From: Candidatus Sericytochromatia bacterium
GTDB taxonomy: Bacteria > Cyanobacteriota > Sericytochromatia > S15B-MN24 > UBA4093
Length of the DNA stretch: 64,000 bases
Direction: 5' to 3'
Assembly: GCA_036676985.1 (NCBI GenBank)
Contig: JAKFBU010000023.1
Span: 160,001 to 224,000 of the forward strand
Part shown: piece after piece, positions 29,935-40,333 of the stretch
Numbering within the stretch: position 1 is the first letter of the stretch
Layout: each line of letters begins with the position of its first letter
Notes under the pieces: generated by a model
What the model was told of the DNA's origin: nothing
The model's database searches: none
Seen by the model: the letters and a program-made list of their open reading frames with translations, nothing else
Translations under genes and position numbers: made by a program

Positions 29935-31389
29935 CTACTGCTCGCTCAGGAGCTTCCGGTAGACCTTGTTCGCGATGCCGCGGATGGCGTTCGGGTCCTG
30001 CAGCTTCTTGAGGGCCGCCGCCGCGTTGATCCGGCCGTAGCCGTACACGGGATCGCGATCCCACGAGCCGAGATCGACCGTCGAGTAGCGCAGGGCGTTG
30101 GCGATCTCGTCGGCGGGCAGATCCATGGGCGAGACCTTGAGGTCGATCTGGCGGCTCTCGAAGAAGGCGCGGACCTCCGTGAGCATGTAAGAGGTCACGA
30201 GCGCCGTGGCCCCAGCCGTCAGCGGACAGGCCATGGAGGTGCCGTCCAGGAAGTTGTAGTTCAGGGGGCCCTTGCGGCCATACTTGGGCTGGTAAGAGGG
30301 CACCGTCGAGTAGATGCTCGATCCGGGCGCCGCGAGCGCGTCCATGCGGCCAAAGTTGGAGAAGCTGCTGATGCGATCCTGAGCGTCGGTCGCCACCACC
30401 GGGATGACGCTCGGGATGCCCGCGGGGTTCATGTCCGAGAGGTCGTTCTCGTGATCGTTGCCCGCCGCGGCGAGCACGATCACCCCGCGGCCCGCCGCGT
30501 CGTCGCAGACCGACTGCATCAGGGGCGAGATGCCGTGACCACCGAGGCTCATGTTGATGATCTTGGCGCCGTGGGTGGCCGCATAGTAGATGCCGCGCGC
30601 GATATCCAGGTCGTCTGCGTAAAAGCCCAGGTACTGGCCGTTGTCATAGTACGGCTTGAAGACCTTGACGCCCATGATCTTGCAGTCCGGCGCGATGCCG
30701 CTGCCGCCCTCTTGGTTGTTGCCCGAGGCCGCGATGATGCCCGCCACGTGCGTGCCATGGCCGCCCTCGTCGAGCGAGTCCTCGTCGTTGCCGCCGAAGT
30801 CCGGAGCGTTGATGACCTGGCCCTTGAGATCCGCGTGGGTGTAGTCGACGCCCGTGTCGAGGACGGCCACGATCACCTCGGGATTGCCCTTGGTGAGCTG
30901 CCATGCCTGAGGGGCCTTGACCTTCTCGAGCCAGTACTGCTGGAAAAGATCGGGATCGTTGGTGACCGAGCCCAGGGACGGCACGACGGGCGCGGTGGGA
31001 TCGGTCGCCGGCTGATCGCTGGTGGCATAGAGCACCAGGGGCTGGGCGCTCGCCACGCGGTTGTCGGCGTAGTAGGCGTCGAGGGCCTTCTCGACCGTGA
31101 CGCCGGCGGGCAGCTCGTGGACCTGGTAGCCCTGGAAGGAGTCCGTCACCTTCGCGCCCTTGATGGGCATGTCGCCCTCGGTGAGGCCCGAGGCCTGCAC
31201 CAGGATCTCGCGCTTGGCGTAGAGGGCCTTGTGGTTGGAGATGATGGACTTGGCGCGCGCCTTCTGCTCGGGGCGGGACATGGTCGACTTGAGGCCCGTG
31301 GTGCTCGGGGCCGTGGGGGCCGTGCCGCAGCCGGCGGCGAGCAGGGACAGGGCCAACAGGCCGAGCAGCGATCGACGGAACATGGACAC
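29935..31389 (-). CDS. S8 subtilisin-family serine protease, lipoprotein
   Basis: Lipobox AAG-C; VAVLDTG, HGTHVAG, AAAGND, GTSMACP. Confidence 0.93.
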   Translation of the reverse strand: MSMFRRSLLGLLALSLLAAGCGTAPTAPSTTGLKSTMSRPEQKARAKSIISNHKALYAKREILVQASGLTEGDMPIKGAKVTDSFQGYQVHELPAGVTVEKALDAYYADNRVASAQPLVLYATSDQPATDPTAPVVPSLGSVTNDPDLFQQYWLEKVKAPQAWQLTKGNPEVIVAVLDTGVDYTHADLKGQVINAPDFGGNDEDSLDEGGHGTHVAGIIAASGNNQEGGSGIAPDCKIMGVKVFKPYYDNGQYLGFYADDLDIARGIYYAATHGAKIINMSLGGHGISPLMQSVCDDAAGRGVIVLAAAGNDHENDLSDMNPAGIPSVIPVVATDAQDRISSFSNFGRMDALAAPGSSIYSTVPSYQPKYGRKGPLNYNFLDGTSMACPLTAGATALVTSYMLTEVRAFFESRQIDLKVSPMDLPADEIANALRYSTVDLGSWDRDPVYGYGRINAAAALKKLQDPNAIRGIANKVYRKLLSEQ

Positions 31390-31611
31390 CTCCGGCAGAC
31401 ATGGGCGGACTTCCCCTCGTTATCGCCCTCCCGGAGCGATCGCTGACCGTATTTCACCGGAACTTAACCCAAGCTTTAGACTTCATAACCTCTTCCCCCG
31501 CGCGTCGCGTCGGCGAGGGCGCAAGAGCCCGTCCGGTGGTGTTTTGCGGGCGCCCGCCAGAGGGGTATAATGGATCTCCTGCCGAGCCCCCGCCCCCTGG
31601 AAAGACCCACC

Positions 31612-33366
31612 GTGCAACGCGAACTCCGGATCTTCGCCGGTCTCCTCTGGCGCTACCGCCTCCGCTACGGCGTCGGGGTCGCCTCCCTGCTGGTCGTCGA
31701 CATCGGCAACCTGACCATGCCCTGGCTCATCGGGCGCTTCATCGACGAGGCCCAGGCCGGGAGCCTGGATGCCGCCGTCATCTGGCGCTACGTGGGCATG
31801 GTGATGGCGATCGCCGCTTTGGTCGCCGGCTTCCGCTACCTCTGGCGCATGAACATCTTCGGGACGGCGCGCCTGGTCGAGTTCGAGCTGCGCGACCGGC
31901 TGTTCCGGCACCTGCAGCGGATGGGGGCGCGCTTCTACCAGCGGCACTCGATAGGCGACCTGATGGCGCATGCCACCAACGACCTCTCGGCCATCCGCGG
32001 GGTGCTGGGCGAGGGCATCATGGCGGGCTGGGACGCCCTCATCATGGTGACGCTGACGCTCGCGACCATGGCGGGCACCATCCACTGGCAGCTGACGTTG
32101 GTGGCCCTCCTGCCCCTGCCCTTGCTCATCCTCTTCGAGTGGGCGCTCGGTCGCCAGATCCACGTGCGCTTCAAGGCCGTGCAGGCCGCCTTCGGCACCC
32201 TGTCCGAGCGGGTGCAGGAGAGCCTTTCGGGGGCACGGGTCATCAAGGCCTTTGCCCAGGAAGAGGCCGTCACCGCCCGGTTCCAGCAGGACAATGTCGC
32301 GTACTACGAGCGCTTCATGACGCTCACGCGCCTCAACGCCCTGAACGACCCGGTCATCACGCTGCTCGGCGGCCTGAGCACCGTCATCGCGCTCGGGTAC
32401 GGCGGCGCGCTCGTGCTGTCGGGCGAGCTGACGCTCGGTCAGTTCGTGGCCTTCAACAGCTACCTCGGCATGCTCGTCTGGCCCATGCTCGCCACGGGCT
32501 GGGTCATCAACCTCGTCCAGCGCGGCACGGCCTCCATGGCCCGGATCCAGGCGCTGCTCGACGAGGCGCCGGACGTCTCGGACGCTCCAGGGGCCAAGGC
32601 CCCCGAGGCCTGGCGGGGCCGGCTCGAGATCCGGAACCTCACCTTCCGCTACGCCCCCGAGCTGCCCGAGGTGCTGCGGGATGTCTCGGTGACGCTCCGC
32701 CCGGGCGAGACGCTCGGCATCGTCGGTCGCACGGGCAGCGGCAAGTCGACGCTCGTCAACCTCCTGGTGCGGGTGTACGAGCCGCCCGAAGGCACCGTCT
32801 TCCTGGACGGGCAGGACGTCCGGACCCTTGCGGTCGAGCCGCTGCGAAACGCCGTCGCCTACGTGCCGCAGGACGGCTTCCTGTTCTCGACGACCATCGC
32901 CGAGAACGTGGCCTTCGCCCCGCGCGAGCCCGAGGCCGCGGACGTCCTGCGGGCGGCTGCTATCGCACAGCTCGACAGCGAGGTCCAGGACATGCCCCAC
33001 GGCTTCGAGACCATGCTCGGTGAGCGCGGCATCACGCTGTCGGGCGGGCAGCGCCAGCGCGTGAGCATCGCCCGGGCGGTCTTCAAGGACGCGCCGGTGC
33101 TCGTCCTCGACGACTGCCTCTCGGCGGTCGACACCCTGACCGAGGCGCGCATCCTTCAGGGCCTCAAGCCGCTGATGGCCGAGCGGACGACCATCATCGT
33201 CTCGCACCGGGTCTCGGCGTTGCAGCACGCCGACCAGATCCTCGTGCTGGACGCGGGCCGGGTCGTCGAGCGGGGGACCCACGCGGAGCTCCTGGCCCTC
33301 CAGGGAGAGTACCGCAAGCTATACGACCGCCAGGCGATCGAGGCGGCCATCGAGGCGGTGGAGTGA
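31612..33366 (+). CDS. ABC exporter half-transporter (YheI/MdlA-like)
   Basis: GDLMAHATND, GRTGSGKS, LSGGQRQR, degenerate LDDC Walker B. TATAAT at 31566 favours GTG 31612 as start. Confidence 0.92.
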   Translation: MQRELRIFAGLLWRYRLRYGVGVASLLVVDIGNLTMPWLIGRFIDEAQAGSLDAAVIWRYVGMVMAIAALVAGFRYLWRMNIFGTARLVEFELRDRLFRHLQRMGARFYQRHSIGDLMAHATNDLSAIRGVLGEGIMAGWDALIMVTLTLATMAGTIHWQLTLVALLPLPLLILFEWALGRQIHVRFKAVQAAFGTLSERVQESLSGARVIKAFAQEEAVTARFQQDNVAYYERFMTLTRLNALNDPVITLLGGLSTVIALGYGGALVLSGELTLGQFVAFNSYLGMLVWPMLATGWVINLVQRGTASMARIQALLDEAPDVSDAPGAKAPEAWRGRLEIRNLTFRYAPELPEVLRDVSVTLRPGETLGIVGRTGSGKSTLVNLLVRVYEPPEGTVFLDGQDVRTLAVEPLRNAVAYVPQDGFLFSTTIAENVAFAPREPEAADVLRAAAIAQLDSEVQDMPHGFETMLGERGITLSGGQRQRVSIARAVFKDAPVLVLDDCLSAVDTLTEARILQGLKPLMAERTTIIVSHRVSALQHADQILVLDAGRVVERGTHAELLALQGEYRKLYDRQAIEAAIEAVE

Positions 33367-35183
33367 TGGCACGACAGAATTTCCACGAGGAAGATGCGCT
33401 CGCCAAGGGCTACGACCGCGACCTCATGCGGCGCCTGTTGGGCTACGCGCGCCCCCACTTCCGCACCATCGCGCTCTGCATCCTCTTTCTGGCGCTCTTG
33501 AGCGGGCTCCAGCTCTCGCAGCCCTACCTGGTCAAGGTCGCCATCGACCGGGTCCTCTTGCCCCTATCGGCGCTGCCCCTCGCCGAGCGCTCGGCGCGGC
33601 TCCCGGAGCTCTGGTGGCTGGTGGCCACGTATGCCGGCACCCTGTTGGCGGGCTTCGCCCTCTCCTACCTGCAGACCCTGCTCCTGCAGAGCACGGGGCA
33701 GCGCATCATCTACCAGATCCGCCAGGACGTCTTCTCGCACCTCCAGCGGATGAGCCTGTCGTACTACGACGCCAACCCGGTCGGGCGGCTCGTCACCCGC
33801 GTCACCAACGACACCGAGACGCTCAACGAGATGTACACCAGCGTCATGGTGAACCTCTTCCGCGACTGCTTCTCGATCGTGGGCATCCTCGCGATGCTCT
33901 TTTACCTCTCGCCGTCCCTGACGCTGGTCAGCCTGGCAATCCTGCCCGTGGTGGTGGGCGTGGTGCTCGTCTTCAGGCGGCTGGCCCGCGAGAACTCGCG
34001 CGAGACCCGCACCCGGCTCGCGCGGGTCAACGCGTTCATCGCCGAGAGCCTGTCCGGCATGCGCACCATCCAGCTCTTCAACCGCGAAGCCCGCCAGCAG
34101 CGGGAGTTCGACGGGGTGAGCAGCCAGTACCTGGCCGCCCTTTTCGGGCACTTGCGGATCTTCGCCGTCTTCCGCCCAGCCCTCGACCTCTTGGCCTCCT
34201 TCGCGCTGGCGCTCGTGCTCTGGCGGGGCGGACTCATGAGCATGCACGGCGCCCTGGAGCTCGGGACCCTCTACGCCTTCACGAGCTACGTCGGCCGCCT
34301 CTTCCAGCCCGTCAACGAGCTGGCGGAGAAGTTCAACCTCCTCCAGGCCGCCATGGCGAGCTCCGAGCGTATCTTCCAGCTCCTGGACACCCCGCCTGCC
34401 ATCCGGGACGCGGCCGAGTCCCATGCCCCCGCGGGCCTGGTGGGCGGTATCTCGTTCGAGAACGTGTGGTTTGCCTACGAAGACGACCACTGGGTCCTCA
34501 AGGACGTGAGCTTCGAGGTCAAGCCGGGCGAGACGGTGGCCTTCGTCGGTCACACGGGGGCCGGCAAGTCCTCCATCCTCAGCCTGGTGGCCCGCTTCTA
34601 CGAAGCCCAGCGGGGAACCGTGCGGGTCGACGGCGTGGACGTGCGTGAGTTCGACCAGGCCGCTCTACGGCGGGGCATCGGCTTCGTGCTCCAGGACGTC
34701 TTCCTGTTCGCGGGGGACGTCCAGTCGAACATCCGGCTGGACCACCCCGAGATCACCCCCGAGCAGGTCGAGGCCGCGGCCCGGGCCGTCGGAGCGGATC
34801 GCTTCATCCGGGCCCTGCCGGGAGGTTACGCGGCCCCGGTCTCGGAGCGCGGCAGCACCTTCTCCACCGGCGAGCGGCAGCTCATCGCCTTTGCACGGGC
34901 ATTGGCCTTCGACCCGGCGATCCTCGTGCTCGACGAGGCCACCGCGCATGTGGACAGCGAGACGGAGGCCCTCGTCCAGGAGGCCCTGAGCCGCTTGACC
35001 AAGGGGCGTACGACGCTCATCGTCGCGCACCGCCTCTCGACCATCCAGCATGCCGACCGGATCGTGGTGCTGCACAAGGGCGAGATCCGCGAGGTCGGAA
35101 GCCACACGGAGCTTCTGGCCCAGCAGGGCCTCTACTACAACCTCTGGCGGCTGCAGGTCGAGGCCGCCTTCGAGGTCTCATGA
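33366..35183 (+). CDS. ABC exporter half-transporter (YheH/MdlB-like)
   Basis: GRLVTRVTND, GHTGAGKS, FSTGERQL, LDEATA, AHRLST; overlaps the partner stop. Confidence 0.92.
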   Translation: MARQNFHEEDALAKGYDRDLMRRLLGYARPHFRTIALCILFLALLSGLQLSQPYLVKVAIDRVLLPLSALPLAERSARLPELWWLVATYAGTLLAGFALSYLQTLLLQSTGQRIIYQIRQDVFSHLQRMSLSYYDANPVGRLVTRVTNDTETLNEMYTSVMVNLFRDCFSIVGILAMLFYLSPSLTLVSLAILPVVVGVVLVFRRLARENSRETRTRLARVNAFIAESLSGMRTIQLFNREARQQREFDGVSSQYLAALFGHLRIFAVFRPALDLLASFALALVLWRGGLMSMHGALELGTLYAFTSYVGRLFQPVNELAEKFNLLQAAMASSERIFQLLDTPPAIRDAAESHAPAGLVGGISFENVWFAYEDDHWVLKDVSFEVKPGETVAFVGHTGAGKSSILSLVARFYEAQRGTVRVDGVDVREFDQAALRRGIGFVLQDVFLFAGDVQSNIRLDHPEITPEQVEAAARAVGADRFIRALPGGYAAPVSERGSTFSTGERQLIAFARALAFDPAILVLDEATAHVDSETEALVQEALSRLTKGRTTLIVAHRLSTIQHADRIVVLHKGEIREVGSHTELLAQQGLYYNLWRLQVEAAFEVS

Positions 35184-35239
35184 CAAAGACCAGTACGGCC
35201 CGAAGGCCGTACTGGCTCGCAAGGAACTGGGACTGGAGC

Positions 35240-35857
35240 CTAACGCCAACGGCGTCCGTAGCCGAAGCGGCCGTAACCGAAGCGGCCATAGCCGAAGCGG
35301 CTGAAGCCGTACGGATAGTAGAAGCTGCGATAAGCGTAGTAGGGGGTGTAGTAAGGATAGTAGCCGTAGTTGTAGTAGCTGTAGGGATAATAGGCGTAGG
35401 TGTAGGGATAGTAGGCGTACGGATAGTAGTAGCTACCAACGTTGTAGTACGGATAGTAGAAGTTACGGTAGCTCAAGAAGCGCAACCCACGGCCACGGAA
35501 GCCGAAACCACGCCAGCCGAAGCCACGACCACGCCACTGCTGAGTGCTGCGCTCACCGATCTGCGTCTGGTCGTCCGCCTGGGTTTCCATCTGCTGTATC
35601 TGGTCTGCCGGCAGCTCGACCAGCTGGTCAGCCGTCAGGCGCTGGGGAAGTTCCTGGACCGACAAGGGCGTGCCCAAGTTCTGTTCGACGGTGGCCTGGG
35701 TTGCGAACGTGGCAGCGTCCGCACCGTCGTTCACGGCCGCAATCTGCCGCTGCGTGTCAGGCTGGACCGGGGTCGTCGTCAGCGTCGGGGGCTTCTGGGA
35801 ACAACCGACGGTGGACGCCAGGGCAAGGGCTAGGACTGGAAGGAACCTAGTGTGCAT
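35240..35857 (-). CDS. Lipoprotein with Tyr/Pro-rich and Arg-Gly-Phe low-complexity C-terminus
   Basis: AAAGGAGG RBS before ATG 35857; lipobox TVG-C; YYPY repeats; (RFGYG)3 encoded by 15-bp repeats at 35256-35300. Confidence 0.8.
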   Translation of the reverse strand: MHTRFLPVLALALASTVGCSQKPPTLTTTPVQPDTQRQIAAVNDGADAATFATQATVEQNLGTPLSVQELPQRLTADQLVELPADQIQQMETQADDQTQIGERSTQQWRGRGFGWRGFGFRGRGLRFLSYRNFYYPYYNVGSYYYPYAYYPYTYAYYPYSYYNYGYYPYYTPYYAYRSFYYPYGFSRFGYGRFGYGRFGYGRRWR

Positions 35858-36110
35858 GTTTCCTCCTTTCACCTTGGCCGACCACCGCTGTGTTGCGTAC
35901 CGCTCTCTCACAGGGGCGGTGGTTGACCACGCCCTCGACAATAAGGGGCAGCGCCCCCAAGCAATACTGGAAAATCTCCCAATAAATGACCTGATGAGGC
36001 GTCGATTGAAATACAGCAAGACCAGGCGGTACCTGGCCTGAAAACGACCGCCTTGGGGGGGCTACCGCCCGCATGGCTGCTGAACGCCCCCTTGTTTCTT
36101 GACTAAGACT

Positions 36111-37475
36111 TTAGGGCAATGCGGCGAGTCGCTCGACGCGCGCGTGGAGCCACGGAATCTGGGCCAGGTGCTCGGGCTTCAAGAGGCAGGACCGCAGGAC
36201 GGTCACCGTCGGTCGATCCCACTCGAGCCCGGGGTCGTGGGCTTCGACGAGGGCCCGCGGCAATACCAGCTTCGCCAGGTAGACAGCGTCCGAGCCCGCG
36301 GACATGCCTGCCGAGAAGATGCGGTCCGTCTCTCGGCTGATGTCGCTCGCGCGCCGCCCGGCGCCGATGGCGTAGAAGGCGAGGATGTCCAGCTCGGGCT
36401 CCATGACCAGGCGCAGGCGATCGCTCGTGCGGATCCGGTCGGCCCAGTCCAGGGCGGCTTGGCGGGTGGCCTTGAGGATGGGGCCGAACCCTCGCTCGAG
36501 CTCCAGGGGGAAGGCCTGCAGCGTCGCCCAGAAGGCGGCCGCCGCGGCACCCGCGCGCGAGCACTCAAGGCTGATCTCCCCCAGGTGCAGCTCGGCCGAC
36601 GTGAAATAGGTGTAGGGGGAGTCGTGCTGGTAGAGGCGGCCCACCGAGGGGTCGCGGAAGAGCACGCTGCCGCAACCGTAGGGCTGCAGGCCGTGCTTGT
36701 GCGGATCCAGGACCACGCTGTCGGCCTCGGCGATCGCCCGGAACGGCGCTCCCGGCACCAGGTCGGCCGTGGCCAGGATCCGGTAGAAGCCGCCGTAGGC
36801 CGCGTCCACATGGACCCTGAAGCCGTGGCGGCGGCCCATGGCGACCAGCTCATGCACCGGATCGACCGCCCCCAGGGCCGTCGTGCCGGCGGTCGCCACG
36901 ACCGTGCCGATGGCATGCTCGGAGAGCTTGCGCTCGAGGTCCGCGAGATCCATGCGGCCGTTGGCGTCCACGCCCACCTCGACGGCGGCCATGCCGAGCA
37001 CCTCGGCCATGCGGCGGTGCGTGTAGTGGGCCTGGGAGCTGAAGGCGATCGCCTTGTCCGGGTGCAGGCTGCGCGCGACCCACAAGGCCTCGAGGTTCGC
37101 GATCGTGCCGCTCGAGGTCAGGTGCCCCAGGTGCTCGTCGTAGCCGAACAGGGAGGCGAGCGCCCGCACGGCCTCCCGCTCCATGGCCGCGGTGGCAGGC
37201 CCGCCGTCCAGGGCATGGTTGTTGGGATTGATTTGCATGGCGATGGCATAGGCGAGGCTTGCGATCGCATGGGGCGGCTTGAGCATCTGACCCGCGTACT
37301 GGGGGTGGAAGAACGGGTAGTTGTCGTGCAGTCGCGCCACCAGGTCGTCCAGGATACGGCGGACGGTTTCGTCGCTGAGCTCGAGCTCGGGCGCCCGCTC
37401 GAAGGGCGGCCATGTGCGCTGCCAGGAGTCGAGGGCCGTGAGGCCGTGGCGCAGGTGGTCGAGATACGAGTCCAT
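36111..37475 (-). CDS. Group II PLP-dependent decarboxylase
   Basis: [29 protein letters not shown] (PLP lysine), SLECSR. Confidence 0.88.
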   Translation of the reverse strand: MDSYLDHLRHGLTALDSWQRTWPPFERAPELELSDETVRRILDDLVARLHDNYPFFHPQYAGQMLKPPHAIASLAYAIAMQINPNNHALDGGPATAAMEREAVRALASLFGYDEHLGHLTSSGTIANLEALWVARSLHPDKAIAFSSQAHYTHRRMAEVLGMAAVEVGVDANGRMDLADLERKLSEHAIGTVVATAGTTALGAVDPVHELVAMGRRHGFRVHVDAAYGGFYRILATADLVPGAPFRAIAEADSVVLDPHKHGLQPYGCGSVLFRDPSVGRLYQHDSPYTYFTSAELHLGEISLECSRAGAAAAAFWATLQAFPLELERGFGPILKATRQAALDWADRIRTSDRLRLVMEPELDILAFYAIGAGRRASDISRETDRIFSAGMSAGSDAVYLAKLVLPRALVEAHDPGLEWDRPTVTVLRSCLLKPEHLAQIPWLHARVERLAALP

Positions 37476-37658
37476 GCAGGGTCCGTTCTAGGTGTCTGTG
37501 TCCCGGCGGGGCCGCCGGAGGGGGCTGGCGGGGCCATCATACCGTAGCCCCTCCCGCCGCTCAAGGCGGCCGCGACGCACCGCCGGATCGCGAACGGCCG
37601 AATTTTGGCTCCGATTGGATAGAGCAGGCTGCTTGCCGGGTATCCAAGCATTAGCGTC

Positions 37659-39110
37659 ATGAGAGACAACGAGACGACCGAAACCACCAATCAAGAGCGG
37701 ACACCCGACCAGCTCCTCCTAGAGCTCGCCGACCTGAGGGCTGAGCGTGAGTTTCTGGTGCGCGAAATCGAGCGCATCGAGACCGAGGCCAAGGAGACCA
37801 TCCACCGCCTGACGTTCATGGACACGCTCACGGGCTTGCCCAACCGTCTGCTCTTCCACGACCGCCTGACACACGCCCTCGCGGCCGCCCGCCGCAAGCA
37901 GCGTCACCTGGCGGTGCTCGTCGTCGACCTCGATCGCTTCAACCTCATCAACGACACGCTGGGCCACGAGACCGGCGACCTGTTGATCCGGGCCATCTCC
38001 GAGCGCCTCAAGTCCTGCCTACGCGACTGCGACACCGTCGCTCGCCTGGGCGGCGACGAGTTCACCGTGCTGCTCACCGAGATCGCGAACGTCGAAGACG
38101 CGCTCCTGGTCGCCCAGCGGATCGTCGACGAGCTCTCCTGCGCCTTCACCATCGACGAGCGCGAGCTCCTCCTGACGACGAGCATCGGCATCAGCCTCTA
38201 TCCGGCCGACGGCGAGGACAGCATGGCCCTCGTGAAGAACGCCAACGCGGCCCTTTACCGCGCCAAGGAGAACGGCAACACCTACCAGCACTACGCGCCG
38301 GCCATGAACGCGACGTCGGCCGAGCGCCTGGCGCTCGACAACAGCCTGCGGCGCGCCCTCGAGCGAAACGAGCTCCTGCTCTACTACCAGCCGCAGCTCG
38401 ACCTGCGCACCGGCAACATCGTGGGCGCCGAGGCCCTCATCCGCTGGCGCCACCCGGACCTGGGGCTCGTCTCGCCCGCGAAGTTCATTCCCCTGGCGGA
38501 GGACACCGGGCTCATCATTCCCATCACCGAGTGGGTGCTCAAGACCGCCTGCGAGCAGACCATGGCCTGGCACCGCGAGGGCTACGACGGGCTGCGCATC
38601 TCGGTGAACCTGTCCGGCAAGCATTTCCGGCACCGCAACCTGGGCCACACCATCACCAAGGCCCTCGAGGAGACGGGGCTGCCGCCCTCGTGCCTGGAGC
38701 TGGAGCTGACGGAAAGCATCCTCATGGAGAACCAGGACTCGACCATCGAGATCCTGCGTCTCTTGAACTACCTGGGCATCCAGTTCTCCATCGACGACTT
38801 CGGGACCGGGTACTCGTCCTTCAGCTACCTGAAGCGCTTCCCGATCAACACCGTGAAGGTCGATCAGTCGTTCGTGCGCGACCTGACGGCGAGCCCGGAC
38901 GACGCGGCCATCGTCACGGCCATCATCGCCATGGCCCACCGCATGCGCCTCAAGGTGCTGGCGGAAGGCGTGGAGACCGCCGAGCAGCTGGCCTTCCTGA
39001 CGGCGCATGCCTGCGATGAGATGCAGGGCTACTTCTTCAGCCGGCCGGTGCCGCCCGATGAGTTCCGGGAGCTGCTCAGGGCGCGGCGGGTCTTGGAGCT
39101 GCCGGCTTAG
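37659..39110 (+). CDS. GGDEF-EAL c-di-GMP enzyme with N-terminal coiled coil
   Basis: DTLTGLPNR, RLGGDEF, YYQPQ, EALIRW, IDDFGTGYSS, AEGVET, QGYFF. Confidence 0.95.
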   Translation: MRDNETTETTNQERTPDQLLLELADLRAEREFLVREIERIETEAKETIHRLTFMDTLTGLPNRLLFHDRLTHALAAARRKQRHLAVLVVDLDRFNLINDTLGHETGDLLIRAISERLKSCLRDCDTVARLGGDEFTVLLTEIANVEDALLVAQRIVDELSCAFTIDERELLLTTSIGISLYPADGEDSMALVKNANAALYRAKENGNTYQHYAPAMNATSAERLALDNSLRRALERNELLLYYQPQLDLRTGNIVGAEALIRWRHPDLGLVSPAKFIPLAEDTGLIIPITEWVLKTACEQTMAWHREGYDGLRISVNLSGKHFRHRNLGHTITKALEETGLPPSCLELELTESILMENQDSTIEILRLLNYLGIQFSIDDFGTGYSSFSYLKRFPINTVKVDQSFVRDLTASPDDAAIVTAIIAMAHRMRLKVLAEGVETAEQLAFLTAHACDEMQGYFFSRPVPPDEFRELLRARRVLELPA

Positions 39111-39111
39111 A

Positions 39112-40236
39112 TCAGACCGCGACCGGAGTAGGTGCCGGGGCCTTGGGGCGCCGCACCATGAAGGGTCGCTCCACCCAGCGGTAGAAGGCCGCCGCCAGTA
39201 GCAGGCTGAGGGCCACCCCGACCACCAAGGTCACGCCCGTGTGCACGGCCGCATTGCCCGGCACCAACCGCGTGACGGCGTAGTTGACGTAAAAGCACGT
39301 GGGCCGGTTCACCAAGTAGAAGCTGTACGACATCTCGCCGATGGCTACGAGCCAGGGAGCTGCGAGCCACGTGCGCACGCCCGCCGAGCGAACGATGACG
39401 CCCCCGATGGCCAGGCCCATGCACGCGTCCGACAGCGGCCAGATCCCCCAGGGATGGAAGTACCAGTAGAACCCCGCGGCCACCAACATCGGCAAGGCGA
39501 CCATCCAGAGCCGGTCGGCGGAGCCAGGCAACCGGGGACGCCAGGCATTACGCGCCAACCACGCGGCCACCATCCCGGCCGTGAAGATCGAGAGGCGACC
39601 GAGGATGGACCCGAGCGCCATCTGCGAGGCCACCGCATTCACCGGACCGACCGCCTGCCATGCCAGGAAGCGGAAGGCCAGACAGAAGGCCAGGATCGCG
39701 AACACGCCCCCCCAGCGGAAACGCAGGATGAGCAGCGCCAGGAGCGGGAAGATCGCGTAGAACTGGGCCTCGAGGCTCAGGGACCAGAAGCTCGGGTTGA
39801 TGCCCGCCTGGGTGGCGGGAAAGAGGTTGTGGACCAAGGTCAGGTGAGCTATCAACTGCCACGCCGACGGCACGGCCCCGGGCGTGTAGGCGAGCCCCAG
39901 GGCCAGGAAGAAGGGGGCAACGAGGAACGGCAGGGCGATCGCGAAGGCGATCGCCGCGTAATAAGGCGGCAGGATGCGACGCGCCCGCCGCACGAAGTAC
40001 TCGCGCCAGTGGCCCGGGGCGAGCCTCTTCTCGGCGATCGGATAGAACAGGCAAAAGCCGCTCAGCACCATGAAGACCTCGACCCCCAGGTGCCCGCTCC
40101 GGAAGAGGGGCGTGAGGAAGCCGAGGTCCGGGTCCTGGTTGAAGCGCCACACGTCGAAGGCGATCACCCACAACGCCGAGAGGGCGCGCAGGCTGTCGAC
40201 GAAGGCCAGGCGGGAGACGGGCTTGGTCTGAGTCAT
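39112..40236 (-). CDS. Acyltransferase-3 (OafA-like) membrane protein
   Basis: DSLRA, FMVLSGF, RRARRILP, WSLSLEAQFY, GEMSYSFYL, VERP. Confidence 0.9.
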   Translation of the reverse strand: MTQTKPVSRLAFVDSLRALSALWVIAFDVWRFNQDPDLGFLTPLFRSGHLGVEVFMVLSGFCLFYPIAEKRLAPGHWREYFVRRARRILPPYYAAIAFAIALPFLVAPFFLALGLAYTPGAVPSAWQLIAHLTLVHNLFPATQAGINPSFWSLSLEAQFYAIFPLLALLILRFRWGGVFAILAFCLAFRFLAWQAVGPVNAVASQMALGSILGRLSIFTAGMVAAWLARNAWRPRLPGSADRLWMVALPMLVAAGFYWYFHPWGIWPLSDACMGLAIGGVIVRSAGVRTWLAAPWLVAIGEMSYSFYLVNRPTCFYVNYAVTRLVPGNAAVHTGVTLVVGVALSLLLAAAFYRWVERPFMVRRPKAPAPTPVAV

Positions 40237-40333
40237 GGGCACCCCCACCGGAAACGAGCAAGCGTACGATTGGCACCCGTTATAGCTCCCGGCGGGGGGA
40301 AAAGGCCTTGGTCAACATGCACGAACCGATCGA

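Noticed and set aside
35180-35833. Val/Ile/Gly-rich plus-strand ORF resembling a membrane protein
   Set aside because: Antisense image of the Tyr-rich lipoprotein gene, which has the RBS and lipobox.
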